DNA of 64,000 nt from Macrostomum lignano (GCA_002269645.1 NIVC01000341.1:1-64000); one strand, 5' to 3'; shown: positions 11,401 through 43,579, counted from the stretch's first letter. The notes: generated by a model not told the origin, from the letters alone. Program-made: numbers and translations.

Positions 11401-14059
11401 AGTCGGATCAGACTGCGGTTCGGCAGTGCTCGGCTGAGGTCCCGTCGAAGGCAGATCAGACTGCGGTTCGGCAGTGCTCGGCTGAGGTCCCGTCGAAGTC
11501 GGATCAGACTGCGGTTCGGCAGTGCTCGGCTGAGGTCCCGTCGAAGGCGGATCAGACTGCAGTTCGGCAGTGCTCGGCTGAGGTCCCGTCGAAGGCGGAT
11601 CAGACTGCGGTTCGGCAGTGCTCGGCTGAGGTCCCGTCGAAGTCGGATCAGACTGCGGTTCGGCAGTGCTCGGCTGAGGTCCAGTCGAAGGCGGATCAGA
11701 CTGCGGTTCGGCAGTGCTCGGCTGAGGTCCCGTCGAAGGCGGATCAGACTGCAGTTCAGCAGTGCTCGGCTGAGGTCCCGTCGAAGGCGGATCAGACTGC
11801 GGTTCGGCAGTGCTCGGCTGAGGTCCCGTCGAAGTCGGATACGACTGCGGTTCGGCAGTGCTCGGCTGAGGTCCCGTCGAAGGCGGATCAGACTGCTGTT
11901 CAGCAGTGCTCGGCTGAGGTCCCGTCGAAGTCGGATCAGACTGCGGTTCGGCAGTGCTCGGCTGAGGTCCCGTCGAAGTCGGATCAGACTGCGGTTCGGC
12001 AGTGCTCGGCTGAGGTCCAGTCGGGGTCGGATCAGACTGCGGTTCGGCAGTGCTCGGCTGGGGTCCAGTCGGGGTCGGATCAGACTGCGGTTCGGCAGTG
12101 CTCGGCTGAGGTCCAGTCGGAGTCGTATCAGACTGCGGTTCGGCAGTGCTCGGCTGAGGTCCCGTCGAAGGCAGATCAGACTGCGGTTCGGCAGTGCTCG
12201 GCTGAGGTCCCGTCGAAGTCGGATCAGACTGCGGTTCGGCAGTGCTCGGCTGAGGTCCCGTCGAAGGCGGATCAGACTGCAGTTCAGCAGTGCTCGGCTG
12301 AGGTCCCGTCGAAGGCGGATCAGACTGCTGTTCAGCAGTGCTCGGCTGAGGTCCCGTCGAAGTCGGATCAGACTGCGGTTCGGCAGTGCTCGGCTGAGGT
12401 CCCGTCGAAGTCGGATCAGACTGCGGTTCGGCAGTGCTCGGCTGAGGTCCCGTCGAAGTCGGATACGACTGCGGTTCGGCAGTGCTCGGCTGAGGTCCCG
12501 TCGAAGTCGGATCAGACTGCGGTTCGGCAGTGCTCGGCTGAGGTCCCGTCGAAGTCGGATCAGACTGCGGTTCGGCAGTGCTCGGCTGAGGTCCCGTCGA
12601 AGGCGGATCAGACTGCGGTTCGGCAGTGCTCGGCTGAGGTCCCGTCGAAGGCGGATCAGACTGCGGTTCGGCAGTGCTCGGCTGAGGTCCCGTCGAAGGC
12701 AGATCAGACTGCGGTTCGGCAGTGCTCGGCTGAGGTCCCGTCGAAGGCGGATCAGACTGCGGTTCGGCAGTGCTCGGCTGAGGTCCCGTCGAAGGCGGAT
12801 CAGACTGCTGTTCGGCAGTGCTCGGCTGAGGTCCCGTCGAAGTCGGATACGACTGCGGTTCGGCAGTGCTCGGCTGAGGTCCCGTCGAAGGCGGATCAGA
12901 CTGCTGTTCAGCAGTGCTCGGCTGAGGTCCCGTCGAAGTCGGATACGACTGCGGTTCGGCAGTGCTCGGCTGAGGTCCCGTCGAAGGCGGATCAGACTGC
13001 GGTTCGGCAGTGCTCGGCTGAGGTCCCGTCGAAGGCGGATCAGACTGCGGTTCGGCAGTGCTCGGCTGAGGTCCCGTCGAAGGCGGATCAGTCTGCGGTT
13101 CGGCAGTGCTCGGCTGAGGTCCCGTCGAAGTCGGATCAGACTGCGGTTCGGCAGTGCTCGGCTGAGGTCCCGTCGAAGGCGGATCAGACTGCGGTTCGGC
13201 AGTGCTCGGCTGAGGTCCCGTCGAAGGCGGATCAGACTGCGGTTCGGCAGTGCTCGGCTGAGGTCCCGTCGACGGATAAGCAGTGTTCTGTATGTCAATT
13301 GTTGACTCTACGACGCCATTCGATTCTGTTGTTGCAGGTGCAACAATTGCTGTTTGGGATACATTGGGGATACAGTTAGGATACCTTGTAAGAATTTAAC
13401 AGGATGCAGGCATTCAAAATATTTACAACTTAACAACATTAAAAATTGTTTTACGTTTTTTAAGCATAAGCCCGTGTCTATTTGCTTTATAATTTAAAAA
13501 GGTAGTTGGAACCCACTCTTAGCTTTTTTTCATGGGAGTTGGTCCGTAAAATTCGATTTCTCGGAAAGATAATTCATTCTGATGCGGCGTCGTTTTTGAT
13601 CTGCTCATGTTTAAACGAATTTAATAACGAGCAGCATATTGGGAGCTTAGGTATTACGCGTTTAATTGTGACTTACTTTTCGTCTTGGCTCTACTCCAGG
13701 AGCGTAGCAAGAAAGTTTCTCCGGGAGGGGGGATAAATTACTTTCACAGCGGACATTTATATTTTATACAGTATACCTATAGAGAACCATACTTCAAAAA
13801 AATCTTAGGCTATTCGGGGGGGATACTATATGCTATGCCCTATGCCACTGCTATGCTCGATCGTATTTGCATGTATAAGGAACGAAATGATTTCCTGGAA
13901 CAAATGAAATGTGGTTCATTCATATTGTGGTAGAATATTATTGAGGCTCCTGGGTGTCTGACAACAGCAGTACTGGTAACGATGCAGAATAAATAACTTA
14001 CGAAGCACTAAGCTAACGATAGCTGCAATAGCCAGTAGACGCCATGCAGCGTTCTGCAT
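5415..14059 (-). CDS. MUC4-like type I transmembrane mucin (signal peptide, PTS repeats, 3 EGF, NIDO, AMOP-like, vWD with GDPH, further EGF/cbEGF, TM), ~2176 aa, 13 exons
   Basis: GT-AG exons with consistent phases: 14059-14002, 13349-10527, 10427-10317, 10174-10058, 9964-9831, 9740-9351, 9170-8267, 8181-7427, 7343-6887, 6781-6596, 6465-6203, 6033-5841, 5554-5415 (6531 nt). Motifs: signal [19 protein letters not shown]; DIDEC/DTNEC/DINEC cbEGF starts; NIDO-like [22 protein letters not shown]; AMOP-like CKKW...[14 protein letters not shown]; [17 protein letters not shown]; [27 protein letters not shown]. Confidence 0.9.
10977..13272 (-). repeat. Coding 48-bp tandem repeat encoding [15 protein letters not shown](P/T), ~48 copies (mucin domain)
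   Basis: This frame links the signal-peptide exon to the downstream QSTAAP repeats and the EGF motif [12 protein letters not shown]. The ORF track shows only the two wrong frames. Confidence 0.9.
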
Positions 14060-14197
14060 GGGGGACGCTGCTTTTTGAAAGCGGGCAATTTTGTTAAAAC
14101 TGGATGGCAGCTCGACGAATAAGCAGAAGCTGAAAGAATATAACTTGAGGCTGATCGTGCTGGAATAATTAATAGAACTTATCAAAGTGTGTCAGCA

Positions 14198-14242
14198 TTT
14201 ATATATACGTTGCTGCGTGCCCGCGGCAATGCATCTGATTGG
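14198..14242 (-). promoter_or_regulatory. Putative TATA box plus CCAAT box of the mucin gene
   Basis: TATATATAAA at 14207-14198 and CCAAT at 14242-14238 on the minus strand, about 140-180 nt upstream of the ATG at 14059. Confidence 0.5.
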
Positions 14243-16567
14243 GCGAACAAGGTGGTTCAGTTTTTTTAAACAATTACGACAGAAACACGAGATCAGCGGC
14301 ATGCCAACTTGTACTAGGACATCCATCTGCTGCCGCACGACAGGTTAGAGTGTTACGGTGTTTCGTAATTTCTGTTTTTAGCTAAAACTACATAATAGCT
14401 TCTTTAGACACTTACGCTTGTATAGACTGCCGAAAAGGGTATGGGTAGAGACTGAGAATCTCGGCACTCATCATTTGCATTGCCCCATTGTCTTCACAAA
14501 TCTACGAATTTATACAATGTGCAGCCGCAGGCGCGCAGGCGAAGCATATAGTGAGAATCCAGTCAGTGTTGGCTGTATGATAAAAGTTTTATTTCTGTCA
14601 CACCATATTATTCAAATGGCGTGACAGACAGACAGTATGAGTTTCGAAAAGAGTTCACTAACAATTTGAAACTGGAATAATGGCACTCTGGATAGGTGGA
14701 CAGACACTGCCGATGAATACTTTGGCAAAAGACTGTGTAACTATAAAAAAGCTGGAAGTAGCTGAGCTTAACCACTTGTCTGAAACCCTAACTACAATCT
14801 TTCTGAACTTTTTTTTAACAAAAGGGAACTCCATAGGGTGAAGTAGAATTAGAATGCTATAAGGTAGAATGATAGCAGACAGTGAAAGAAAATGAGAGAC
14901 ACGACAGTGGCCAGAGGAAGAAAAGTGGGTGCATGGTTGGGTGGTCATTGGTCACCTTTACCGGCGAATGTTTATGATCAAAGCAACGCATTACGCTGAA
15001 ATATCAGAAAAACTAATAAACAAAATTTATGGGGTCACCCCCGGATGGACGGGAGGGTGGTCACCCTGGGGCTGCAAGCCCCATCTCCGCCCCCGCGACG
15101 CCACTTACTGTCAAACTTAAGCTAGTTGAGGTCGGTTGGCATTGTAATATGCTTGTAATTTTGAAACTACGAGCTGAATTACTCTGCAGATGCCAATGGG
15201 TTTTGCAAACACAACCTTAAAACCTGTTTTGCAGCTTTTCTTGAAAAAAGCAAAATTATTGAAAAATTTGAGCGGCAATTTTTTGGTTTCTTGGTAGTTA
15301 AGTTAGTGCCTATCTGTAATTAACGAATTGGAAATCTACGCTTGTATTTTTCAGACACTATGTTATAAACTTTTGTGTAGATAAACAAAGAAACATACAA
15401 ACAAACCTAATAAACAGAGGAGCCGACACACAAGGAAACAAATAAAGCATGGGAGAGTGCGCCAAAATCATTATAAATAAATTTAGTTAGATGAACTATT
15501 TTTCAAATTTAAAATTGAAAGCAACTTTTATCTAGTCTAATAAAAAACTGAACAAGAACAGAAAGCCTAGAGGGGTGAGGCATCGTCGCTTACTTTAGAA
15601 ACTAAAATTGATTGAATTAAACATAAAGCTAATATTAACCGCAATTGAATACAATTTAGGGGTATTTAATTAAAAGATTCCATTTATCAAACCACTGCTA
15701 CACAAAAGTATTTAGTGTTGTTGCTTTTAATCTTTGTTTGTCTGGTTATATATTTTACTACAATTTCACAAAATTTCTAGTAAAATATGAGCGTATATAC
15801 CAGTAGTCTCGTGTTCAAGTCTGGATGCACTTTAACTGTGTTAAATAATTAGTTCGCTTGACGTCCGTACAACTAAACTTTAAACTCAAACTTATTATTA
15901 TCAACTATATAGTTTAGTACAATGACATCTTGGAAAACAAAGCAGGGATAAATTAAGTTGTGCTACTTGGAGTACAATAACGTAAACAGCTGATTAAAGT
16001 AACAACGTCAACAATACATTATACAAATATAAACGTCTTGCTACCGCAGTATTAGCAATGCATATACAATTACGCTCGTAATAAATATTAGAATAGCAAA
16101 CTGTTTACAAAAAGCATTTAACGCATTACAGGACAGTTTTGTGGGCACTTTCGAAAAAATTATATATTTGCTAAGTTTCAAAGGTCAGAACAGAATTGAG
16201 ACCAAAATTGCATTAGTGACTAAAAGAACTCGATGTTATCTAGATATGAATATTTTACAGCGCAACAATTTGAAAAATGAAACTCACTGCAATTATAACA
16301 AAAAGAACTCAACAAATTCAACGAATGTTAGCAGAGAAATAAAAATTTACAGTAAAAATTTGATTTTTCTTATACTACTTATACTACTAATATAATAAGT
16401 AGTTAAAGTAAATAATTGAATCGAAATTGAACTAAGAAAACACTTATTTAAGGATTTGATTAAGCATTGCTTGCTATTTTAAACAAACCGTCAGTATTAT
16501 ATATAGTTTGAGTTACAGTTAGTTAACCCTGCCAGCAATTCACTCCGCACACTAGTTCGGCCGTTCG

Positions 16568-35456
<18,889 letters not shown>

Positions 35457-36748
35457 GAATTCAGTTATACAGACTAATTAAAAAAGGTAATGTTAATATG
35501 AATAATTATATTAATAGACTATATATGTGTATGTAGGTAGGCCTAGGCGTTTTGATTTTGAAAGACGAAATGTCGAATGACGCAGTTAGTCTTGATATTA
35601 GTGCTAGAAAAACTAACAAAACATTAATAGTAGCCTTGGGAGCAATTTACAAAAATATTATTTGTTCTATCTATGATGCGCAATGCCGTAATAAGTAGAG
35701 CTAAGCCTACAGATACACAAGCAAAATCAATTACCTAATTCATTCAATCTCTTCATTCTAAAAAGAAAACATTTTCTGTTTTTAAATTGGAAAATAAAGA
35801 TCAGCTGTTTTTCTCTATATTTTGGAAGGTGTCGTTAAAAACGAAATGTCCAACTACGCGGGAGGGTAATGTTAGAAAACATGCTGATGCTCCCTTAAGC
35901 AAACAAGGATCTTAAGCTGAACTTAATTTTTTCTACATTTAGGAATGTTAAATATCTTTTTTGTCTATGTTTTAATGTTTCTGGTGATTTTCTTAGTTAT
36001 TATCCCAGCTCATACATAAAAAATAATTAATTTGCTTCAAAATGTTCTTCGCGATTATGAGCTACCTGAGATTATCCTTGAGCTACCCAGTAACTTCTGC
36101 GAAGCTTACCATGCTGCTCAATCGTCTTTGATTTGCCTGACCGAATTGCGTAAGCAGGATGTGAAACAAAAGCAACCTACGGGTACTAAATATCACTTTA
36201 AAGCTAAACCCAAAATCAGTTGCATCAAAAGAAATTTAATTTAATCACTTCCGTTTGCTTTTCCTTGTCTCGTTCCCTTGACATCGTAAAGTGGATACGT
36301 CTAAAAATAAGAATTAATTAGGAGTAATTTTTTATGACAAAACATCTAATTACTGCATTACGTGATTCGTGCTTCTTCACATCCTACGATCGTAAATACA
36401 TGTACGTGTAGAACATGTAGAATCAGTAGTACACTGGAAGAGGTTAGCATCCTCTGCTATACATGTACGAGCTATATACAGGTTTATCAAAATGAAGCAC
36501 AAAAGGGGAACCTTGTAAGTACGTTACGTACAATTTTGAAAATAAAGGCAAGACCTTTGAAGAATCGAATTTACACGTATAGTTAAGTTACGATCGCATC
36601 TTTTATTTGCTCGGCACAAGTTACAGCCTACTTTTTACAGCTGTACAAGTAAACACGGCAAATATAAGATAATCAAAATACGCAAATTAATGTACTCGAA
36701 TATGAATCGAAGTAGCTATAATATTTTAATGCACAATGAAAAACGGTT

Positions 36749-37469
36749 TTACGCCCAGTCAGTGGACCCTCCTCCTCTACGCGACACCTTGTCCATCGAT
36801 CGGCGACTTTTACCGGCTAGCCGACGCTCCGTTGCAAGCTGACGGCGCCGGGCTAGCGCCGCTGACACCTCAGGTGATGGCGGCGGCCGCGGCCGCAAGG
36901 CAGCTTCAGCTTGGCGAATAAATGTGCGAAGTTTGTCCAGACAGTCGGTCTGGTTAAGCACCTGGCGTTTGGTTCGCTCCGAGGTCACTATGAGCCAGTC
37001 GGATTTGTTGACTCGGCTGGCCTAGTTTAATTATGAGTATAAATTCATTGTAAAAATAAGAGTATGCATATTTACAACCAAATGTACGACGTAAGGTTAA
37101 GACGATTAATATTTTATTTAAGACGACTGCTCCCATTCTGAGACAACTAATAACCCTGCTCACCTGCATCGACCTAATTTGAGCTTTCACCGGTTCGCTA
37201 ATAAAAGTTGCGCTACTCAAGTGCAGTCGCACTTCAACTTTACTCTGCGTCTTGTTGACATGCTGACCGCCCGGCCCACCGGAAGTCATATGACTCACTC
37301 GCACCTGTTCCATAGGAATTATGCCATTAAATTTGTCATTTTCAACGCGATCATCGTTGTCACCTTCTCGACTGCAGAGGCGTCGGCAGAGACTGCGCAG
37401 CGGAATAGCTGGCACAATGGCGCCGCCACGCACTAGAGCTGAGGCTAATGTCAGGTTAATGAGGCCAGG
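36749..37469 (-). CDS. MRPL58: Mitochondrial peptidyl-tRNA hydrolase ICT1 / ribosomal protein mL62; exons 37469-37164 and 37021-36749
   Basis: GGQ release-factor motif SGGPGGQHVNKTQSKVEVR; second exon ASRVNKSDWLIVTSERTKRQVLNQTDCLDKLR with a basic C-terminal tail; phase-0 GT-AG intron. The 5' start is uncertain (no in-frame ATG upstream). Confidence 0.88.
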
Positions 37470-37589
37470 CTGTGGGATTATTAAGTGCAGTAGTGGATCA
37501 TAACACTGTAACCATTTCCGACGCCGAATGCGGTTAAATTTTATAAAGTTATATTTATCCTCAGTTTGCACGACCCTTTATGGCGAATA

Positions 37590-38240
37590 TACAGGGTTGT
37601 TTGTAGCTAATATGCAGGGTTGTTTACAGAACTTACAGGCCTGTTTATAGCTAATATAGGGTTATTTATAGCTAATATACAGGGCTGATTATAGCTAATA
37701 TACAGGGTTGTTTATAACTAATATACAGCGTTGTTTATAGCTTATATAAAAGGGTTGTTTATAGCTAATATACAGGGTTGTTTATAATATTGCTGTTTAG
37801 TAATAAATTTGTATTAAATTTGTATTAATTAGTTGTTTTAGTTGTAATTAGTTGTAATTATTTGTAATAATTAGTATTAGTATTAGTATTAATTTGTATT
37901 AAATTAAATTTGAGGTGTCTTAAATTTGTTTATAACTAATATACAGGGTTGTTTATAGCTAATATACAGGGTTGTTTATCGCTAATATACAAGGGTTGTT
38001 TATAGCTAATATACAGGGTTGTTTATCGCTAATATACAGGGTTGTTTATCGCTAATATACAGGGTTGTTTATAGCTAATATACAGGGCTGTTTATCGCTA
38101 ATATACAAGGGTTGTTTATAGCTAATATACAGGGTTGTTTATCGCTAATATACAAGGGTTGTTTATCGCTAATATACAGGGTTGTTTATAGCTAATATAC
38201 AGGGTTGTTTATCGCTAATATACAGGGTTGTATAACTAAT
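37590..38240. repeat. ~23-bp minisatellite (tacagggttgtttatagctaata)n, interrupted by an AT-rich tract
   Basis: Visible array upstream of ICT1. Confidence 0.9.
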
Positions 38241-39095
38241 ATACAATTTATAAGGCTAACAAATCTATGAAACTATAACAAATCATATAGTAAACATGCC
38301 GATGATTTTTCAATTCTAATGAGTGTTAGTTGCGATTCTCTTTAGGTCTCTAATATATGTATCAGTTTAGCTAGTATTATTTTTCAGCAATAATAAAACA
38401 AACTAAATAACAAGTTAGCTTTGGAAGCATTCAACAAAACGCAAATTATTAACGCGCTGCCTAGAAGTGGTGGCAGTAAGTCAGCTTTGAGACAACTCGT
38501 CTGTTGTATTAATACTACTAATAGTAAGAGTGCAAAATGGACAGAAAAAACTGGTTTTTATCGAGTCGAGAGTAAAGACAAATCTAAGTTATTTAAGTCT
38601 AAACAATAGTAGATTATATACAAATAAAAAAACGAAAATACACAAAATCTGTTCTGTAGTTCCATTGAAACCAAAATAGAACAAGCATAAGTACAAAAAA
38701 TAGTTGTTTTAAAATATTTATTACATTTAAAAGTGTGGAAAATAGTGCAGCAAATATCGACGATAGAAAGTCTCTATCAAAGTGGGAATGTTACTAAATT
38801 TAAATAAAAAACAGCAAAAAAACATAGCAGACTACTATAATATAAAAATAATTATAGTTACCAGATGTTTATTTACAACAGTGGAAAATTGCACTAATTA
38901 TCGATAGCGATATGACGGAATTGTCGGATTAATATACAGCAATAAGTCAAAACAATCAGAGGACACTACTCAGTAGTAATAAGTCTAGTTTATAAGACAA
39001 CTTGTCATGATAAAACGGTTATTTACATATAAAAAATGATATAAAAATATTCAGCTCCGCTGTAGCAAGTTAATGAATCAGTTAGTGGTGTCAGA

Positions 39096-42000
39096 TCAGA
39101 TCATGGTGTCCCTGTAGGGCGCTAAACGCACAGGCGACACGGCACCCAAACTGAGGCGATGATTCTTTCTATTCCTACTATCCTGATGAGAATTATTGTC
39201 GCCGCTATTGTTCTGATTATTATTCGGCTCCTTGTCGTGATTGTGCCGCCTCGGCACTACGGGTGGTTGCTTGTGACGCGATTGTTGCTGATGCTGCTGA
39301 GAAGGCTGCTGCTCAGTGAAGGTCATTGTGCTCAAATCGACCAGATGCTGTTCCTCATCTTCCTCATCGACGCCAGAGGAGTTGTCGTGTCCTGCACGTG
39401 CAGGAAGTGCAGCAGCAACGGTGGCGGCGATGACGACCGACTGCCTGGAGGCGCCGCCGCTCACAATAGACGAGCCGGAAGCGCCGCTGATGACGCAATC
39501 TTCAATTTCGTCTGGTCGCATTGCGAGACTCTCGCGCACCAATCTGTCCATGTCGGCCAGGGCATCCGCGACAGTGCTTGATTGCTGCTGCTGGTGATGA
39601 TGCTTCACAGCATCCGATAGCAGGTGCTGCCAGTCAGACGACCAAACTAGCAGGGCTCCGTGTAGACCGGAGGTGTCATCTGTGACGCCTAAAATGTAAA
39701 GTGACACTACTCAGTGAATCTTAGCAGCCGTTATTTATCAGCACACTTTATTACCAGAAGAAGCTCTGCTTAACTCATCTAAACCACAACAAAAATCGCG
39801 GACTAAAAGAATCACCCTCTAAATTAAAAGAATCACCCTCTAAACTAAAAGAATCACCCTATAAACTAAAAGAATCACCCTATAAACTAAAAGAATCACT
39901 CTCTAAACTAGAAGAATCACTCTCTAAACTAAAAGAATCACCCTCTAAACTAAAAGAATCACCCTATAAACTAAAAAAATCACCCTCTAAATTAAAAGAA
40001 TTACTCTCTAAACTAAAAGAATCACCCTCTAAACTAAAAGAATCACCCCTAAACTAAAAGAATCAACCTCTTAACTAAAAGAATCACTCTCCAAACTAGA
40101 AGAATCACTCTCTAAACTAAAAGAATCACCCTCTAAACTAAAAGAATCACTCTCTAAACTAAAAGAATCACCCTCTAAACTAAAAGAATCACTCTCTAAA
40201 CTAAAAGAATCACTCTCTAAACTAAAAGAATCACCCTCTAAATTAAAAGAATCACCCTATAAACTAAAAGAATCACTCTCTAAACTAGAAGAATCACTCT
40301 CTAAACTAAAAGAATCACCCTTTAAACTAAAAGAATCACCCTCTAAACTAAAATGAATCACTCTCTAAACTAAAAGAATCACTCTCTAAACTAAAATAAT
40401 CACTCTCTAAACTAAAAGAATCACCCTCTAAACCAGAAGAATCACCCTCTAAACTAAAAGAATCACTCTCTAAACTAAAAGAATTGCCCTCTAAACTAAA
40501 AGAATCACCCTCTAAACTAAAAGAATCGCCCTCTAAACTAAAAGATTAAAAGAAAAACGCCTAAAAATACATCTCCATCTATAGAAAGGGAAGCCAGCAC
40601 ACAGCACACACCAGGCTTGGCAACGCAGCCAACGGCAGACGCCAGCCATTGGGCCAAATTGGCATTGGACCAGAACAACAGAGGTATGGCGGCCCAGGCA
40701 CGGCTCCGCAGGCGCTCCAACGAGTCCCAGTCGCAGCGCAGGCGACGCAGCAGTTCAACGCCCATCAGCAGACTTCGTCGATGCCGCCGACGGCTCAAGC
40801 CAAACGCGTACTGCTGATCAAGCTTAGCCAATTGGCGCTTGTCCAAGGACAACAGTCTGGACAGATCAATGCCGGCGGATTGGAAAGCCGCACTAAACTG
40901 TCGCAGGCCAAGCGACGGCAGGAATTGTTCCGCAATCCAGACGGCTGAACCGATCGATGGAGACGGCTGCTGCTGTTGTTGGCCGCCAGCTGTGTGCTCC
41001 GGACCGGATGCGCTGCTTTCGGCGGCGCTGACATTGCCAATGCTCAGCTTCATCAACGACAATGTTGACGATGGCATCGCTTGAGAAGTGAAAAATCCCG
41101 GTTCGGTTTGGGTTGACAATGAGACGGTCGAACCAGATGAAAATTGCTGCTGTTGCTGCTGCTGTTGTTGCAGACTCTGCACTCGTTTGCGCTGCTTGTT
41201 TAATTGACGATGGAGCTTTGCTACCTGTGAATGTAATGAGGATTTCTTGTTAATCGGTTCACCTGGTATGAGATACATAAACCGAGTGGGAGGGAAAGCT
41301 CAGTGTGAGGTGAGGGAGTGGCAGCTTAGTGTGAGGTGAGGGAGTGGCAGCTCAGTGTGAGGTGAGGGAGTGGCAGCTCAGTGTGAGGTGAGGGAGTGGC
41401 AGCTCAGTGTGAGGTGAGGGAGTGGCAGCTCAGTGTGAGGTGAGGGAGTGGCAGCTCAGTGTGAGGTGAGGGAGTGGCAGCTCAGTGTGAGGTGAGGGAG
41501 TGGCAGCTCAGTGTGAGGTGAGGGAGTGGCAGCTCAGTGTGAGGTGAGGGAGTGGCAGCTCAGTGTGAGGTGAGGGAGTGGCAGCTCAGTGTGAGGTGAG
41601 GGAGTGGCAGCTCAGTGTGAGGTGAGGGAGTGGCAGCTCAGTGTGAGGTGAGGGAGTGGCAGCTCAGTGTGAGGTGAGGGAGTGGCAGCTCAGTGTGAGA
41701 TGAGGGAGTGGCAGCTGAGTGTGAGGTGAGGGAGTGGCAGCTCAGTGTGAGGTGAGGGAGTGGCAGCTCAGTGTGAGGTGAGGGAGTGGCAGCTCAGTGT
41801 GAGGTGAGGGAGTGGCAGCTCAGTGTGAGATGAGGGAGTGGCAGCTCAGTGTGAGGTGAGGGAGTGGCAGCTCAGTGTGAGGTGAGGGAGTGGCAGCTCA
41901 GTGTGAGGTGAGGGAGTGGCAGCTCAGTGTGAGGTGAGGGAGTGGCAGCTCAGTGTGAGGTGAGGGAGTGGCAGCTTAGTGTGAGGTGAGGGAGTGGCAG

Positions 42001-43365
42001 CTGAGTGTGAGATGAGGGAGTGGCAGCTCAGTGTGAGGTGAGGGAGTGGCAGCTCAGTGTGAGGTGAGGGAGTGGCAGCTCAGTGTGAGGTGAGGGAGTG
42101 GCAGCTCAGTGTGAGGTGAGGGAGTGGCAGCTCAGTGTGAGGTGAGGGAGTGGCAGCTCAGTGTGAGGTGAGGGAGTGGCAGCTGAGTGTGAGATGAGGG
42201 AGTGGCAGCTGAGTGTGAGGTGAGGGAGTGGCAGCTCAGTGTGAGGTGAGGGAGTGGCAGCTCAGTGTGAGGTGAGGGAGTGGCAGCTCAGTGTGAGGTG
42301 AGGGAGTGGCAGCTCAGTGTGAGGTGAGGGAGTGGCAGCTCAGTGTGAGATGAGGGAGTGGCAGCTCAGTGTGAGGTGAGGGAGTGGCAGCTCAGTGTGA
42401 GGTGAGGGAGTGGCAGCTCAGTGTGAGGTGAGGGAGTGGCAGCTCAGTGTGAGGTGAGGGAGTGGCAGGTGTGAGGTGAGGGAGTGGCAGCTCAGTGTGA
42501 GGTGAGGGAGTGGCAGCTCAGTGTGAGGTGAGGGAGTGGCAGCTGAGTGTGAGATGAGGGAGTGGCAGCTCAGTGTGAGGTGAGGGAGTGGCAGCTCAGT
42601 GTGAGGTGAGGGAGTGGCAGCTCAGTGTGAGGTGAGGGAGTGGCAGCTCAGTGTGAGGTGAGGGAATGACAAAAGGCAGTCTATTGAATGCATGCAAAAA
42701 TGCAAATCAGCTTTAAGTTGAATTTAAAAGGTTACATCAAATTTAATTTAAACACACATAGTAAAATGTAATTTTTAAACTGCTTGCAAGCATTTTTAGA
42801 AAACACTAGAATCGATCACACACATGCATACCTACCAACAGACAAAAATTTTTGTCAAAATTTTCTACCCATTAAAGTTCAAGCACTTTTAGATTGTTTT
42901 AAAAAGCAAAATTTATGGATAAGCAAGCTGAAGGTACTGCACTGCAATACACTAATTGATTAGTAAATGAAAGTAAATGAAAATAAAAATGTTTACCTCA
43001 ATATTATACTGAAAGTGTGTCAACAAGATATTGCAACAATTAAATGCTGTGCAAATACAGAGGTTGGTGCATAATAGGAACATTAAATAACAAGATATAC
43101 TCTGAAAATACCAATTAAAATACATTTATCTCACCTGGCGCAAACAGTCAGCTGATTTGTCATTTGACTCCTTGCAAAAGGCCAACACTTGCGCTTTCTC
43201 TTTTTCTTTGGCTTCTACACATTCTAATAGTGTCTTAATCTGGTGAAGCAGGTCAATTCGCTCTCTTTTCAATTCATCAATTTCTCTTTGTTGCCTGGCA
43301 ATTAGTTCATCAGCTGTGCTAGCACTGTTCAGTGATCTGCCAGATTTAAACTGGCATTCAGCCAT
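39096..43365 (-). CDS. Kazrin/liprin-family-like protein (coiled coil, polyQ, two SAM-like domains); exons 43365-43135, 41224-40612, 39688-39096
   Basis: Phases fit (0, 1). SAM-like WIAEQFLPSLGLRQFSAAF...SLLMGVELL and FWSNANLAQWL...SGLHGALLV resemble the kazrin/liprin SAM2-SAM3 region; N-terminal heptads ARQQREIDELKRERIDLLHQIKTL. Confidence 0.75.
39800..40540. repeat. 21-bp intronic minisatellite (ctaaaagaatcaccctctaaa)n, ~35 copies
   Basis: Visible array filling intron 2 of the kazrin-like gene. Confidence 0.95.
41295..42665. repeat. 26-bp intronic minisatellite (ctcagtgtgaggtgagggagtggcag)n, ~52 copies
   Basis: Highly homogeneous array in intron 1 of the kazrin-like gene. Confidence 0.97.
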
Positions 43366-43579
43366 GTGGACACTAAGCTAAATATCAATAAGACCAAGTG
43401 CAAATTGATATAACTTGCACTGAAATGGTGGAAAGTTGTTAAATAAATTAGTATATCACATAAAAAAGCTACTTTACAAGATAAACAAATATTTAAACAG
43501 GACACTACATTGAAGCTAGGTCAAAAAATCTATATAAAAACTACCCAATTATAAACTTGTTGAGTGTCAAGCAGCCTTC

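Noticed and set aside
10707-13379. ORF-track proteins 10707..13298 (-) and 10965..13379 (+)
   Set aside because: Shadow frames of the 48-bp repeat. The third minus frame ([16 protein letters not shown]) is the one that links the signal-peptide exon to the EGF exon.
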